Shown here piece by piece: positions 50,171 through 59,312 of a stretch of DNA of 64,000 nucleotides. The notes under the pieces were generated by a model. The model saw only the letters and a program-made list of their open reading frames with translations, did no database searches and was not told the origin of the DNA. A program made the translations under genes and the position numbers. Position 1 is the stretch's first letter. Every line of letters begins with the position of its first letter. The DNA comes from Spirochaetia bacterium (GTDB lineage Bacteria > Spirochaetota > Spirochaetia > CADAEX01), in assembly GCA_963662795.1 (NCBI GenBank), contig OY759746.1:736001-800000 (forward strand). The letters are read 5' to 3'.

Positions 50171-51489
50171 GCGCTTATGGATTAATGGCAATTATGATGT
50201 TTTCTTCCATGATTGTTATGCTTCTCACCGGCAGACATATTTTTGCGGTAATCGGAGGCGTAGCTTCCATTTTTGCCCTATTGCTATGGGGCAAGGGCGG
50301 CGTAGGGATGGCATTCCAGGCAAGCTTTTCACTGCTTGTATGGTATCCTTTATTGACACTGCCGATTTTTATTTACATGGGTTACATGTTCGCAAAATCA
50401 GGAATTGCTGACGACCTTTATGAAATGATCCACGTGTGGATGGGCCCGGTAAGGGGCGGTCTTGCGATCGGAACAATCGGGCTCATGTCGATTATTTCAG
50501 CGATAAACGGTTTAAGTGTTGCAGGTATGGCGGTAGGAAGCACTATCGCGCTGCCGGAAATGCTTAAAAGAAAATATGATAAAAGAATGCTTACAGGAGT
50601 TATCCAGGCAGGCAGTTCACTCGGGATTCTTATCCCTCCCAGCGTAGTTCTTGTCCTTTACGGAATGATTGCCCGCCAGCCAGTCGGAAGGTTATGGCTC
50701 GCCGGTGTTTTCCCCGGATTGCTTCTTACAGGCATGTTTATAATATATATACTTGTACGCTGCTATTTCCAGCCCGAACTCGGCCCTACCCTGCCGCCTG
50801 AAGAAAGAAATATTCCCTGGGGGAAAAAACTTTCCCTGCTGAAGGGTGCGGTTATTCCTATCCTGATTATTTTTTCCATGTCAGGACTCTTTTTCATGGG
50901 GATTACAAGCCTGGTTGAAAGTTCAGCTGTAGGTGCTACTGCAACTACAATAGCTGCCCTTATTAAAAAAAGGCTTAACCTGAAAACAATGTATGAGGTT
51001 TTACGGGATACCTTAAGTGTAAGCTGTATGTTCATGTGGGTAATCCTTGCCGCCCTCGCTTTCGGAGCAATATTTGACGGTCTTGGAGCGGTACACGCAA
51101 TACAGGAACTTTTCCTGAGATACGGATTCGGCCCATGGGGAATCATAATAATGATGCAGCTCTCTTTTATAGCAATGGGTATGTTTCTTGACGATACAGC
51201 CATGCTGATAATCGTAGCTCCTCTTTATGTTCCTCTTGTAATAAAACTCGGTTTCGACCCTATCTGGTACGGCGTACTTTATACAATAACATGCCAGATA
51301 GCATATCTGACACCGCCTTTTGGATATAACCTCTTTCTTATGAAAGCCATGGCGCCAAAGGAAATAACGCTTGCGGATATCTACTGGTCTGTAATACCAT
51401 TCGTACTGGTAATGATTCTGGCTCTTGTTGTTATAATGATTTTCCCGAGTATAGCAACCTGGCTTCCCAACCTGTATTACAATAGATAA
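50167..51489 (+). CDS. dctM: TRAP large permease
   Basis: LGILIPPS, FLDD, YLTPPFGYNLF. Confidence 0.94.
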   Translation: MSAYGLMAIMMFSSMIVMLLTGRHIFAVIGGVASIFALLLWGKGGVGMAFQASFSLLVWYPLLTLPIFIYMGYMFAKSGIADDLYEMIHVWMGPVRGGLAIGTIGLMSIISAINGLSVAGMAVGSTIALPEMLKRKYDKRMLTGVIQAGSSLGILIPPSVVLVLYGMIARQPVGRLWLAGVFPGLLLTGMFIIYILVRCYFQPELGPTLPPEERNIPWGKKLSLLKGAVIPILIIFSMSGLFFMGITSLVESSAVGATATTIAALIKKRLNLKTMYEVLRDTLSVSCMFMWVILAALAFGAIFDGLGAVHAIQELFLRYGFGPWGIIIMMQLSFIAMGMFLDDTAMLIIVAPLYVPLVIKLGFDPIWYGVLYTITCQIAYLTPPFGYNLFLMKAMAPKEITLADIYWSVIPFVLVMILALVVIMIFPSIATWLPNLYYNR

Positions 51490-51506
51490 TATTTACTTAA
51501 TAATTT

Positions 51507-51558
51507 AAACCGCCTTCCTTGACAACCAGTCAGGTTTTAAAAGGAGGCGGTTTTTTTA
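51507..51558 (+). terminator. intrinsic terminator
   Basis: AAACCGCCTTC...GGAGGCGGTTT plus T run. Confidence 0.65.
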
Positions 51559-51621
51559 TCTCTCTGTTAAAATGTTTAATTTCAGCTGAAGCCGGTTTAA
51601 TTATCACACCCCAATCAAATC

Positions 51622-51660
51622 AAAAAAAGACCTGTATATTGATTAAATCAATATACAGGC
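51622..51660 (-). terminator. intrinsic terminator of the rpiB-transketolase operon
   Basis: A run then CCTGTATATTGAT-taa-ATCAATATACAGG. Confidence 0.7.
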
Positions 51661-51696
51661 CGGTTGTTATTTAATACTTAATAACAGTTTGTTGTT

Positions 51697-52659
51697 TTAT
51701 CCTCCGCAGCAGGAGCACTTACCTTTTGCAAGGAATTTTCTGCAGGTATCTGCGATCTGCGGTCCGAGAAGTCCGTAAAGACCGATCAGCTCATCATAAG
51801 GGCCGTTGCTTCCGAACTGGTCGTTAACGCCTATCATCCGCATCTCTGTCGGGCAGTTCTGTGCGAGAAGTTCAGCTATTGCTCCGCCCAGTCCTCCGTT
51901 TGTATAATGCTCTTCAACAGTTACAATTTTTCCAGTCTCTTCAGCTGCCTTTAAAATAAGTTCATTGTCAAGCGGCTTGATTGTGTGGATATTGATAAGC
52001 CTTACGCTCACTCCCTCTTTCTCCAGAATGTCGGCAGCTTCAGCTGCGCGGCAGAGGACTGTGCCTGTTCCGATTATGGTTATATCTCTGCCCTCTTTCA
52101 TGGTTATCCCTTTTCCGAGCTGGAATTTGTATTTTGACTCATCAAAAAGGACCGGCATGGGATCGCTTCCGATTTTCATGAATACAGGGCCTACATGCTC
52201 AATCATGGCAAGGGTTGCTGCCTTGATTTCAACCGGGTCGCCGGGATTCAGGATTGTCATTCCGGGAATTGTTCTCATCAGTGCTACATCTTCAAGAGAC
52301 TGATGTGTCGGGCCGAGATGATAATAGGAAAGCCCTGCGCATCTTCCAACTACCTTTACATTCTGCTTCATGTAGCCGAGATCAACTTTCATCTGGTCAA
52401 AGTTTCTTCCTGTAACAAACGGGGCTATTGTCGCGAATACCGGTATTTTTCCGGTTGTTGCAAGCCCTGCGCATATTCCTGTAATACCAGGTTCCATTAT
52501 CCCGAATTCAAGATGTCTTTCCGGGAATTTATTTTTAAACATTGTCATCTGGGAGCCGCTTGATGAGTCAGCAGATATTGCCATTACCCTGCTGTTTTTT
52601 TCTCCTGCTTCCGCAAGGGCTTCCCCGAAGGTTTTTCTGGGATCTTTTTTATCACTCAT
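51697..52659 (-). CDS. transketolase, C-terminal subunit
   Basis: EFGIME, GPTHQSLED, TIKPLD, EEH..NGGLG. Confidence 0.93.
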   Translation of the reverse strand: MSDKKDPRKTFGEALAEAGEKNSRVMAISADSSSGSQMTMFKNKFPERHLEFGIMEPGITGICAGLATTGKIPVFATIAPFVTGRNFDQMKVDLGYMKQNVKVVGRCAGLSYYHLGPTHQSLEDVALMRTIPGMTILNPGDPVEIKAATLAMIEHVGPVFMKIGSDPMPVLFDESKYKFQLGKGITMKEGRDITIIGTGTVLCRAAEAADILEKEGVSVRLINIHTIKPLDNELILKAAEETGKIVTVEEHYTNGGLGGAIAELLAQNCPTEMRMIGVNDQFGSNGPYDELIGLYGLLGPQIADTCRKFLAKGKCSCCGG

Positions 52660-53510
52660 GCTCCAAGCTCCTTTGCAACTGCATCTAATTCTTTTTCTGC
52701 CTGCACAACCTGTTCAGGACTTACCTTCCAGTAATGTGAAGCAGCTGTATCCTGAAGGAAGGAAATGCCCTTGGCCTTAAGGGTATTGCAGATAATAAGA
52801 GACGGTTTACCTTTTTCAAAAGGCGCATCAGTCAGTGTATCTACAATTTCTTTCAGGTTGTGCCCGTCGATTGAGCGGGTACTCCATCCAAAAGCCTTCC
52901 ATTTGTCAGCAAGAGGTTCGAAGTTCATGACATCGTTAGTTTTACCTCCAAGCTGGAATTTATTTCTGTCAACCATCACAACAAGATTGTCAGTCTTATG
53001 GTGGCTTGCAGCAGCTGCCGCTTCCCAGTTTGTCCCTTCTCCAAGTTCGCCGTCGCCCATGATTACATAAACTTTTGAGGAACTCTTGTCTATTCTTAGT
53101 CCTACAGCCATTCCGACCGCAATCGGGAGTCCGTGGCCCAGAGAGCCTGTATTGCTTTCTATACCAGGCAGCTTGTGCATATCAGGATGCCCCGGGAGTT
53201 TTGAATTAAGTTTGAAATAAGTATTGAAAAGATCTTTGCTGAAAAACCCAAGTTCCGCAAGAACAGCATAAACAATAAGGCATTTATGCCCTGCGGACAT
53301 GAGGAATCTGTCCCTGTCCTCCCTTTTCGGGTTTTTAGGGTCAATATTTTTCAGCACTTTATAGTAGAGCGCAGTCATAAGCTCTGTGGCAGACAGGGCA
53401 CCGCCGATATGGCCCGCATCTCCTGCCTTAATAATCGCAAGAACGTTTTTTCTCAGCTGAACAGCTCTTTTTTTAAGTTCAAGCTCTTCCGCATCTGTAA
53501 GTTTATACAT
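52656..53510 (-). CDS. transketolase, N-terminal subunit
   Basis: GHIGG, DRFLMSAGH, TGSLGHG, GDGE.GEG TPP motif. Confidence 0.93.
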   Translation of the reverse strand: MYKLTDAEELELKKRAVQLRKNVLAIIKAGDAGHIGGALSATELMTALYYKVLKNIDPKNPKREDRDRFLMSAGHKCLIVYAVLAELGFFSKDLFNTYFKLNSKLPGHPDMHKLPGIESNTGSLGHGLPIAVGMAVGLRIDKSSSKVYVIMGDGELGEGTNWEAAAAASHHKTDNLVVMVDRNKFQLGGKTNDVMNFEPLADKWKAFGWSTRSIDGHNLKEIVDTLTDAPFEKGKPSLIICNTLKAKGISFLQDTAASHYWKVSPEQVVQAEKELDAVAKELGA

Positions 53511-53523
53511 TTAGCATCCTCCG

Positions 53524-53967
53524 CTATTTTATATGCTCGTTATCATAAGTTTTATACCTGTTAACCTTGGGTTCTGATCTGCTGCCGTCTTCCCATTTTA
53601 CAGACATCCATGCCTTTACCAGCGCCTTCATATGCTCTATTCCGCAGGTCTGCGCACCAAGACACATGATGTTTGCATTATTACTCAGGATTGATCTTTC
53701 TGTTGAATAGACATCTGTACAGAGGGCCGCATAAGCTCCGTGTACCTTGTTTGCTGCTATGCTCATACCGATACCTGTTCCACAGAGCAGTATTCCTCTT
53801 TCCTGCCTGCCTGAAGCTACAGCTTCAGCTACTTTAAATGCTACATTTGCATATATCGCATCTGTGCTGCCGTAATCCTCAAATTCATGTCCAAGGTCAG
53901 TCAGAACTTTTTTTACAGCTTCTTTCTGATCTGCTGCATTTGGATCGCATCCAATAGCTAACTTCAT
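53524..53967 (-). CDS. RpiB/LacAB-family sugar-phosphate isomerase (DerI-like variant)
   Basis: CGTGIGMSIAANK; ERSILSNN and SRSEPKV replace the canonical AR.HN and GRH. Confidence 0.88.
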   Translation of the reverse strand: MKLAIGCDPNAADQKEAVKKVLTDLGHEFEDYGSTDAIYANVAFKVAEAVASGRQERGILLCGTGIGMSIAANKVHGAYAALCTDVYSTERSILSNNANIMCLGAQTCGIEHMKALVKAWMSVKWEDGSRSEPKVNRYKTYDNEHIK

Positions 53968-54024
53968 AATTATCTCCTCCTGAATGTAAAATACTTATAT
54001 TTTATTACTGGTCTCTTTACCCAG

Positions 54025-54447
54025 TTAATTCTCCCTTTTATAATACTTTTTTTCAATATACTTCCTTACTGCAACAGCATCCTTTTTATTATATCTTGCA
54101 AGCGGCCTATTATTCTTTGCCGGCTCGAAGTCTGAAAATGCTATAGCTGCCTGAGAAATGGAAAATATGTTTTCAGGTGAATCCAGTTTGTCCATAAACC
54201 ATATACCGATGACAGTTCCCTTCATTTTTTCGCCCGTAATTTCCCCCGCGGCAATATAACTGCCGGGATAATTTTCCGAAGGAATTGAATAGCAGTTTGA
54301 CAGAAGAAGATTTTCTGCCAGATGATCCGATAAAATGTTCACTGCTGAAGCAGGTGTTTTTTCAACAGGATTAAATGCCTTTTCTCTGCAGGCTGTAAAT
54401 ATTAATCCGGTCAGCAGCAATAATCCTAAATATATTGTCTTTTTCAT
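54025..54447 (-). CDS. hypothetical lipoprotein
   Basis: MKK + hydrophobic stretch + FTAC lipobox. Confidence 0.7.
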   Translation of the reverse strand: MKKTIYLGLLLLTGLIFTACREKAFNPVEKTPASAVNILSDHLAENLLLSNCYSIPSENYPGSYIAAGEITGEKMKGTVIGIWFMDKLDSPENIFSISQAAIAFSDFEPAKNNRPLARYNKKDAVAVRKYIEKKYYKREN

Positions 54448-54465
54448 TCTTTTCCCTGATAACGG

Positions 54466-54645
54466 CTACTTTATTATTTTTGCCAGAAGAAGTGCAGCGG
54501 CAATTGAAAAAATACCTGTCAATAATGCGATAAGCCATGGATTATATCCCATCGCCTGCCCATAACTGTTTCCAATTACAACACCTGTAATTCCGCCTAT
54601 TCCGCCGCCTATTATTCCCGCTGTCAATGCTTTCCTTCTTTCCAT
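54466..54645 (-). CDS. small 2-TM glycine-zipper membrane protein (59 aa)
   Basis: Manual translation MERRKALTAGIIGGGIGGITGVVIGNSYGQAMGYNPWLIALLTGIFSIAAALLLAKIIK; RBS GGAG; below the ORF-track cutoff. Confidence 0.7.
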   Translation of the reverse strand: MERRKALTAGIIGGGIGGITGVVIGNSYGQAMGYNPWLIALLTGIFSIAAALLLAKIIK

Positions 54646-54767
54646 AACTTCTCCAGTTAAACATATCGCACTTGTCTACATATGTACAAGTCTTATGATA
54701 GACTACAACCGGTATTTTATCAAGAACCTGACTTTTAAACTGAAATTTTTTTCCTGTAAAAAAAAAC

Positions 54768-54807
54768 TTGACAATCTGTATTTGTGGTTTATGATTAATT
54801 ATCATAA
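54768..54807 (+). promoter_or_regulatory. promoter of permease-kinase unit 1 with overlapping palindrome
   Basis: TTGACA-16 nt-TATGAT; TTATGAT-taatt-ATCATAA at 54789-54807. Confidence 0.6.
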
Positions 54808-54943
54808 TCGTGAACATTATTTACAAAACATATATTTTATATGTACTTAATGTTTTCTAAATAATATTTTTCAAAATACTTACACCTTAAAAAACCCTGC
54901 GTATACAGGTTTATTTTATTATTATTTTTTAAGGAGGAATCTT

Positions 54944-56365
54944 ATGGCAAATGCTACCCAAAGAGAAGGCACCGAGATGGTTAAAGGGATTAGTTTTATC
55001 GGCCTTGTCGCTCTTGCCAGCGGTACAGTTACAGGCGTCGGATTTCTTATGATGAGCGGCGACATTGTCGCCAGTGTTGGCAGTTTCAACCTGATTTGGT
55101 GTTACGTGATCGGAATGGCTGCAGAAATTATAGCCATGATGGCGACAGCTACCGTAGCTTCCAGTTATCCCTCGGCAGGAAGCGTTACGACCTATGCCAG
55201 AAAAATTATAGGCAGCGATACGCTGGGCTTTCTTACGGCAGTGGCCCTGTGGCTCGGCATGATCTCAATTGACGGTGCAGAGCTTATGGCACTCGGAAGA
55301 TATATTTATTACTTTCTTCCGCAAATTCATTACTACTGGTGGGGACTTGCAGTTACTGTAATCTTCATTATTATCAACCTCGCAGGTGTAGTAATGACAT
55401 CAAGGACACAGTCAATTCTTGGTATAATAATGTGGTCATGTCTGATTGCAGTTCCAATTGCAGTTCTTACATCAGGCAAGGCAAACCTTGCATACTGGAC
55501 AGTTCTCAAGGAAACAATCGGGTTATCAGACTGGATGACAGCCATCTTTTTCGGTGTTTACTGCTATGTCGGTTTTGTAACAATACTTCCTGCAGCAGAA
55601 GAAACAATTAATCCTGAGAAAAGAATCCCTGCAGCAATGCTTGTCGGAACACTCATTACAGGGTTTCTCTATATTTCCGGCGGTCTTGCAGTTATTGCGT
55701 TAAGACCTGAAAATGAGCTGCTTGCACTTGCACCTGAAGGACCTTTTGCGTCTGTATGGGTTAAAGCCATGGAAGTATTATGGAATGGAAAAGGCGCAGT
55801 TTTCATGAACTTTGCAGCTATTTCAACTTCTCTTACAACTGCCAATGCATGTGTATACGGCGGAGCGAGAATGCTTTACGGAATGTCAAGAGAAAGACAG
55901 CTTCCTGCAGTTTTCAGAAAAATTAATCCGGGACACAAAACCCCTACAATTCCAATTCTTGTAACCGGTGTTTTTATCCTCTTCTGTGTTATTTCAGGCG
56001 CTATCAGAATTGTATCTGTAATTGCCAACTTTGTATTCTTCCCTCTCTGGCTGGTTATTGCTATCGCTTCGTATCAAAACCTCTCTAATATCAAGAAAAG
56101 CGGAAAGAGCTATAAGGAAACGATCCCGTTTTATGTTCCCGGTGGAAGAATCTGGGCCTTTTTAACCATTGTCATATCAATAGGGTTTACAATTGTTACT
56201 TTTCTCGCGACAGACGATGTTGTTATCGGCGGTGGAATTGCGGTCGCATTTTTCGCAATCTGCTGGATATATTACGTCTGGTGGAAAAACTACAATAAAA
56301 AACAGGGTATTGATATCGTAGCTGAAGCGGCAAAATACGAATCAATTCCAGGAGACTGGAAGTAG
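54944..56365 (+). CDS. APC-family amino acid/amine permease, copy 1
   Basis: About 12 TM, GTVTGVG, YPSAGS, YVGF....AAEE, ARMLYGMSRE. Confidence 0.92.
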   Translation: MANATQREGTEMVKGISFIGLVALASGTVTGVGFLMMSGDIVASVGSFNLIWCYVIGMAAEIIAMMATATVASSYPSAGSVTTYARKIIGSDTLGFLTAVALWLGMISIDGAELMALGRYIYYFLPQIHYYWWGLAVTVIFIIINLAGVVMTSRTQSILGIIMWSCLIAVPIAVLTSGKANLAYWTVLKETIGLSDWMTAIFFGVYCYVGFVTILPAAEETINPEKRIPAAMLVGTLITGFLYISGGLAVIALRPENELLALAPEGPFASVWVKAMEVLWNGKGAVFMNFAAISTSLTTANACVYGGARMLYGMSRERQLPAVFRKINPGHKTPTIPILVTGVFILFCVISGAIRIVSVIANFVFFPLWLVIAIASYQNLSNIKKSGKSYKETIPFYVPGGRIWAFLTIVISIGFTIVTFLATDDVVIGGGIAVAFFAICWIYYVWWKNYNKKQGIDIVAEAAKYESIPGDWK

Positions 56366-56389
56366 GAATTACTATGTAATTTTATTATC

Positions 56390-56430
56390 AAAAAGAAACC
56401 TGAGAAATCATATTCCAGGTTTCTTTTTTT
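56390..56430 (+). terminator. intrinsic terminator between permease 1 and kinase 1
   Basis: AAAAAGAAACCTG...CAGGTTTCTTTTTTT. Confidence 0.65.
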
Positions 56431-56467
56431 AAATTGGAGATTCACAAAAATCTTCAGGAGGTTAAAA

Positions 56468-57421
56468 GTGACTGAAAAACTGAATCTGCTCCAGGCTGGA
56501 TTAACAGAAAAAAATATTGAAGATCTTATCCCGGAATGGAAAGGGTGCAATATTGATGTATCAGTTCTGAGCGGAGGAATAACCAATAAACTTTACCGGG
56601 CAAAATGTGAAAAAGGCGATGTCGCGATCAGAATATACGGCGACAAGACAGAAATGTTTATCAACAGGGACAGGGAAGCCCATGCCCTTCAGCAGATGGC
56701 TGATGCGGGAATATCTTCAAAACTAATTAAATATCTGCCGGAACACCATATTACTATTGTTGAATTTATAACAGGAAGCTATACACTTAAAAACAGCGAT
56801 TTTCTGAAAGATGAACTCAGGGAAACAATTATAGACCCTGTAAGACGTATCCACTCAAGCGGGGCAGTCCTTGATTATATTTTCAACCCATATGAGCAGT
56901 GTATTAAAATGTATAACATCTTAAATAATCTTAACGTCTCATTTCCGGAATTTGACATTGATGGAACCCTTGTAAAATTCAAGGTTCTTATTGATAAAAT
57001 AAACATACCTGTAAAAGATTATGTAATAACACATAATGATCTTCTCGCAGACAATTTTATTCTTGTTACTGATGAATATAAAGATAAGTTTGAGCAGCCT
57101 CTTTACATAATCGACTGGGAATACGGAGGGATGGGGCCGAAATATTATGACCTCGCCGATATGTTCCAGGAAATTCTGGTACCAAGGGATGTTGAATTGA
57201 AAATTACCGAAAGCTACTGCGAAGGAAGAGATTTCGATAAGGTACTTTATTACATAGACATGTTCAAACCGTTTCCTGATATTTACTGGTTTCTGTGGAG
57301 TCTTATTCAGAAAACTGTTTCAAAAATAGATTTTGATTTTTATAAATACGGAAATATTAAATATGATAATGCCCAGAAAAATATGAAATTCCTTGCAACT
57401 GAATACGGCATAAAATATTAG
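56468..57421 (+). CDS. choline/ethanolamine kinase family protein, copy 1
   Basis: LSGGITNK, IRIYG, Brenner motif HNDLLADNF, IIDWEYGG. Confidence 0.9.
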   Translation: MTEKLNLLQAGLTEKNIEDLIPEWKGCNIDVSVLSGGITNKLYRAKCEKGDVAIRIYGDKTEMFINRDREAHALQQMADAGISSKLIKYLPEHHITIVEFITGSYTLKNSDFLKDELRETIIDPVRRIHSSGAVLDYIFNPYEQCIKMYNILNNLNVSFPEFDIDGTLVKFKVLIDKINIPVKDYVITHNDLLADNFILVTDEYKDKFEQPLYIIDWEYGGMGPKYYDLADMFQEILVPRDVELKITESYCEGRDFDKVLYYIDMFKPFPDIYWFLWSLIQKTVSKIDFDFYKYGNIKYDNAQKNMKFLATEYGIKY

Positions 57422-57466
57422 GCACAGGATTTTCTTGATTTAATCAACCTGTTTAGTTAAAATTAC

Positions 57467-57492
57467 CCGGCTGTAAGCAGCAGCCGGTTTTT
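57467..57492 (+). terminator. intrinsic terminator
   Basis: CCGGCTG-taagcag-CAGCCGG-TTTTT. Confidence 0.7.
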
Positions 57493-57633
57493 AGTTCCGC
57501 TTATTAAATATATTCAAACTGCAAAAGTTGCTGTTATTCTACTGTTCCAGCCGGATTATTGCTTCTTTACGGATAGATCTCTTCAATCTTTCCTGGTTCT
57601 CTTTTAACTGTTCATTCTTTTGTCTGAAAAAAC

Positions 57634-57661
57634 TTGACAAACAGCTATTTTAGTTTAGCAT
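57634..57661 (+). promoter_or_regulatory. promoter of permease-kinase unit 2
   Basis: TTGACA-16 nt-TAGCAT, same layout as unit 1. Confidence 0.55.
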
Positions 57662-57781
57662 TAGAATAATATTCATTAATGTACAAAATAAACTTATTCA
57701 TGTTCTTTATGTTTATTAATGTCATTCCGCCAGATCGTTTTATGGCTGTTATAACAAATTTATTATAAAAAAAGGAGGCCT

Positions 57782-59230
57782 ATGCCGGAATCTGCCCCCA
57801 GGGAAGGGACCAGAATGATAAAAGGAATCAACTTTATTGGCCTGGTTGCCCTTGCCAGCGGAACTGTTACAGGTGTCGGATTTCTCATGATGAGCGGCGA
57901 TATTGTCGCCTCTGTCGGAAGCATCAACCTTGTCTGGTGCTATGCAATAGGAATGGCAGCTGAACTTATCGCAATGCTAAGTACCGCAACAATAGCCTCC
58001 TGCTACCCCTCTGCAGGAAGTGTGGCAACCTATGCAAGAAAATTAATCGGCAGCGATACGCTCGGTTTTCTTACGGCAATTGCCCTCTGGCTCGGCATGA
58101 TTGCCATTGACGGAGCTGAACTGATGGCTCTTGGAAGATATATTTATTTCTTTTTTCCCCAGATTCATTACTACTGGTGGGGCTTCATTGTAACACTTAT
58201 CTTCATCGGAATAAATCTTTTTGGAGTAGTCTTGACTTCAAGGACCCAGTCTGTACTCGGGATTCTGATGTGGTCTGCTCTCATCGCCGTCCCCCTCGCT
58301 GTTCTCTCTTCAGGAAAAGCTGATATTACCTATTGGACAGTGCTCAGGGAATCCATCGGATTTACTGACTGGATGACGGCAATCTTTTTCGGTGTTTACT
58401 GTTATGTTGGTTTTGTTACAATCCTGCCGGCAGCGGAGGAAACGGAAGAACCTGAAAAGAAAATACCGGCAGCCCTTGTTACAGGAACAGTTATCACCGG
58501 GATACTGTACATTTCCGGAGGTCTTGCCATAATCAGCCTGAGACCGGAAAATGAACTTCTCGCGCTTGCTCCGGAAGGGCCGTTCGCAAGTGTCTGGGTA
58601 AAGGCGATGGAGGCATTATGGGAGGGGAAAGGCGCCGTATTCATGAACTGGGCTGCAATATCAACCGCCCTTACAACGGCTAACGCATGCATATACGGCG
58701 GCGCAAGAATGCTTTACGGAATGGCAAGGGAAAGACAGCTGCCTGAAGCATTCAGAAGAGTCAGCCAGAAATACAAGACGCCGACAGTACCTATACTTGT
58801 CACCGGCGTATTTATCCTTTTTTCAGTATTTTCAGGAGCAATCAGGGTTGTTTCAGTAATTGCCAATTTCGTCTTTTTTCCACTCTGGCTGGTTATAGCT
58901 ATTGCATCATTTATCAATCTCTCAAACATAAAGGCCAACGGAAAAAATTACAGAGATGTAATACCTTTCTATGTACCGGGAGGGAGACTCTGGCCCGTGC
59001 TTTCCATTATAATGTCATCAGCTTTAACAATATTGACATTTCTTGCTAGAGACGATGTAGTAATGGGCGGATCGATTGCGGTGCTTTTTCTGGTTATATG
59101 CTGGTCTTACTATGTGTGGTGGAAAAACTATAACAGGAAGCAGGGGATTGATATTGTGGCAGAAGCAGCCAGACACGAATCAATTTACACGGACTGGCAC
59201 CGGAAATCTGCCGGATTTAATAAGAAATAA
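57782..59230 (+). CDS. APC-family amino acid/amine permease, copy 2
   Basis: Colinear paralog of 54944-56365. Confidence 0.92.
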   Translation: MPESAPREGTRMIKGINFIGLVALASGTVTGVGFLMMSGDIVASVGSINLVWCYAIGMAAELIAMLSTATIASCYPSAGSVATYARKLIGSDTLGFLTAIALWLGMIAIDGAELMALGRYIYFFFPQIHYYWWGFIVTLIFIGINLFGVVLTSRTQSVLGILMWSALIAVPLAVLSSGKADITYWTVLRESIGFTDWMTAIFFGVYCYVGFVTILPAAEETEEPEKKIPAALVTGTVITGILYISGGLAIISLRPENELLALAPEGPFASVWVKAMEALWEGKGAVFMNWAAISTALTTANACIYGGARMLYGMARERQLPEAFRRVSQKYKTPTVPILVTGVFILFSVFSGAIRVVSVIANFVFFPLWLVIAIASFINLSNIKANGKNYRDVIPFYVPGGRLWPVLSIIMSSALTILTFLARDDVVMGGSIAVLFLVICWSYYVWWKNYNRKQGIDIVAEAARHESIYTDWHRKSAGFNKK

Positions 59231-59312
59231 TAAGAGATACTGATAATAGTTTTATTTCAGGCTCACTTATTGGATATATATTTACAGAGATTATTTTTCA
59301 GGAGGCTGACTG

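Noticed and set aside
54542-54817. 91-aa minus-strand ORF from the track
   Set aside because: Spans the promoter region; the 59-aa ORF in another frame has an RBS and a coherent membrane-protein pattern
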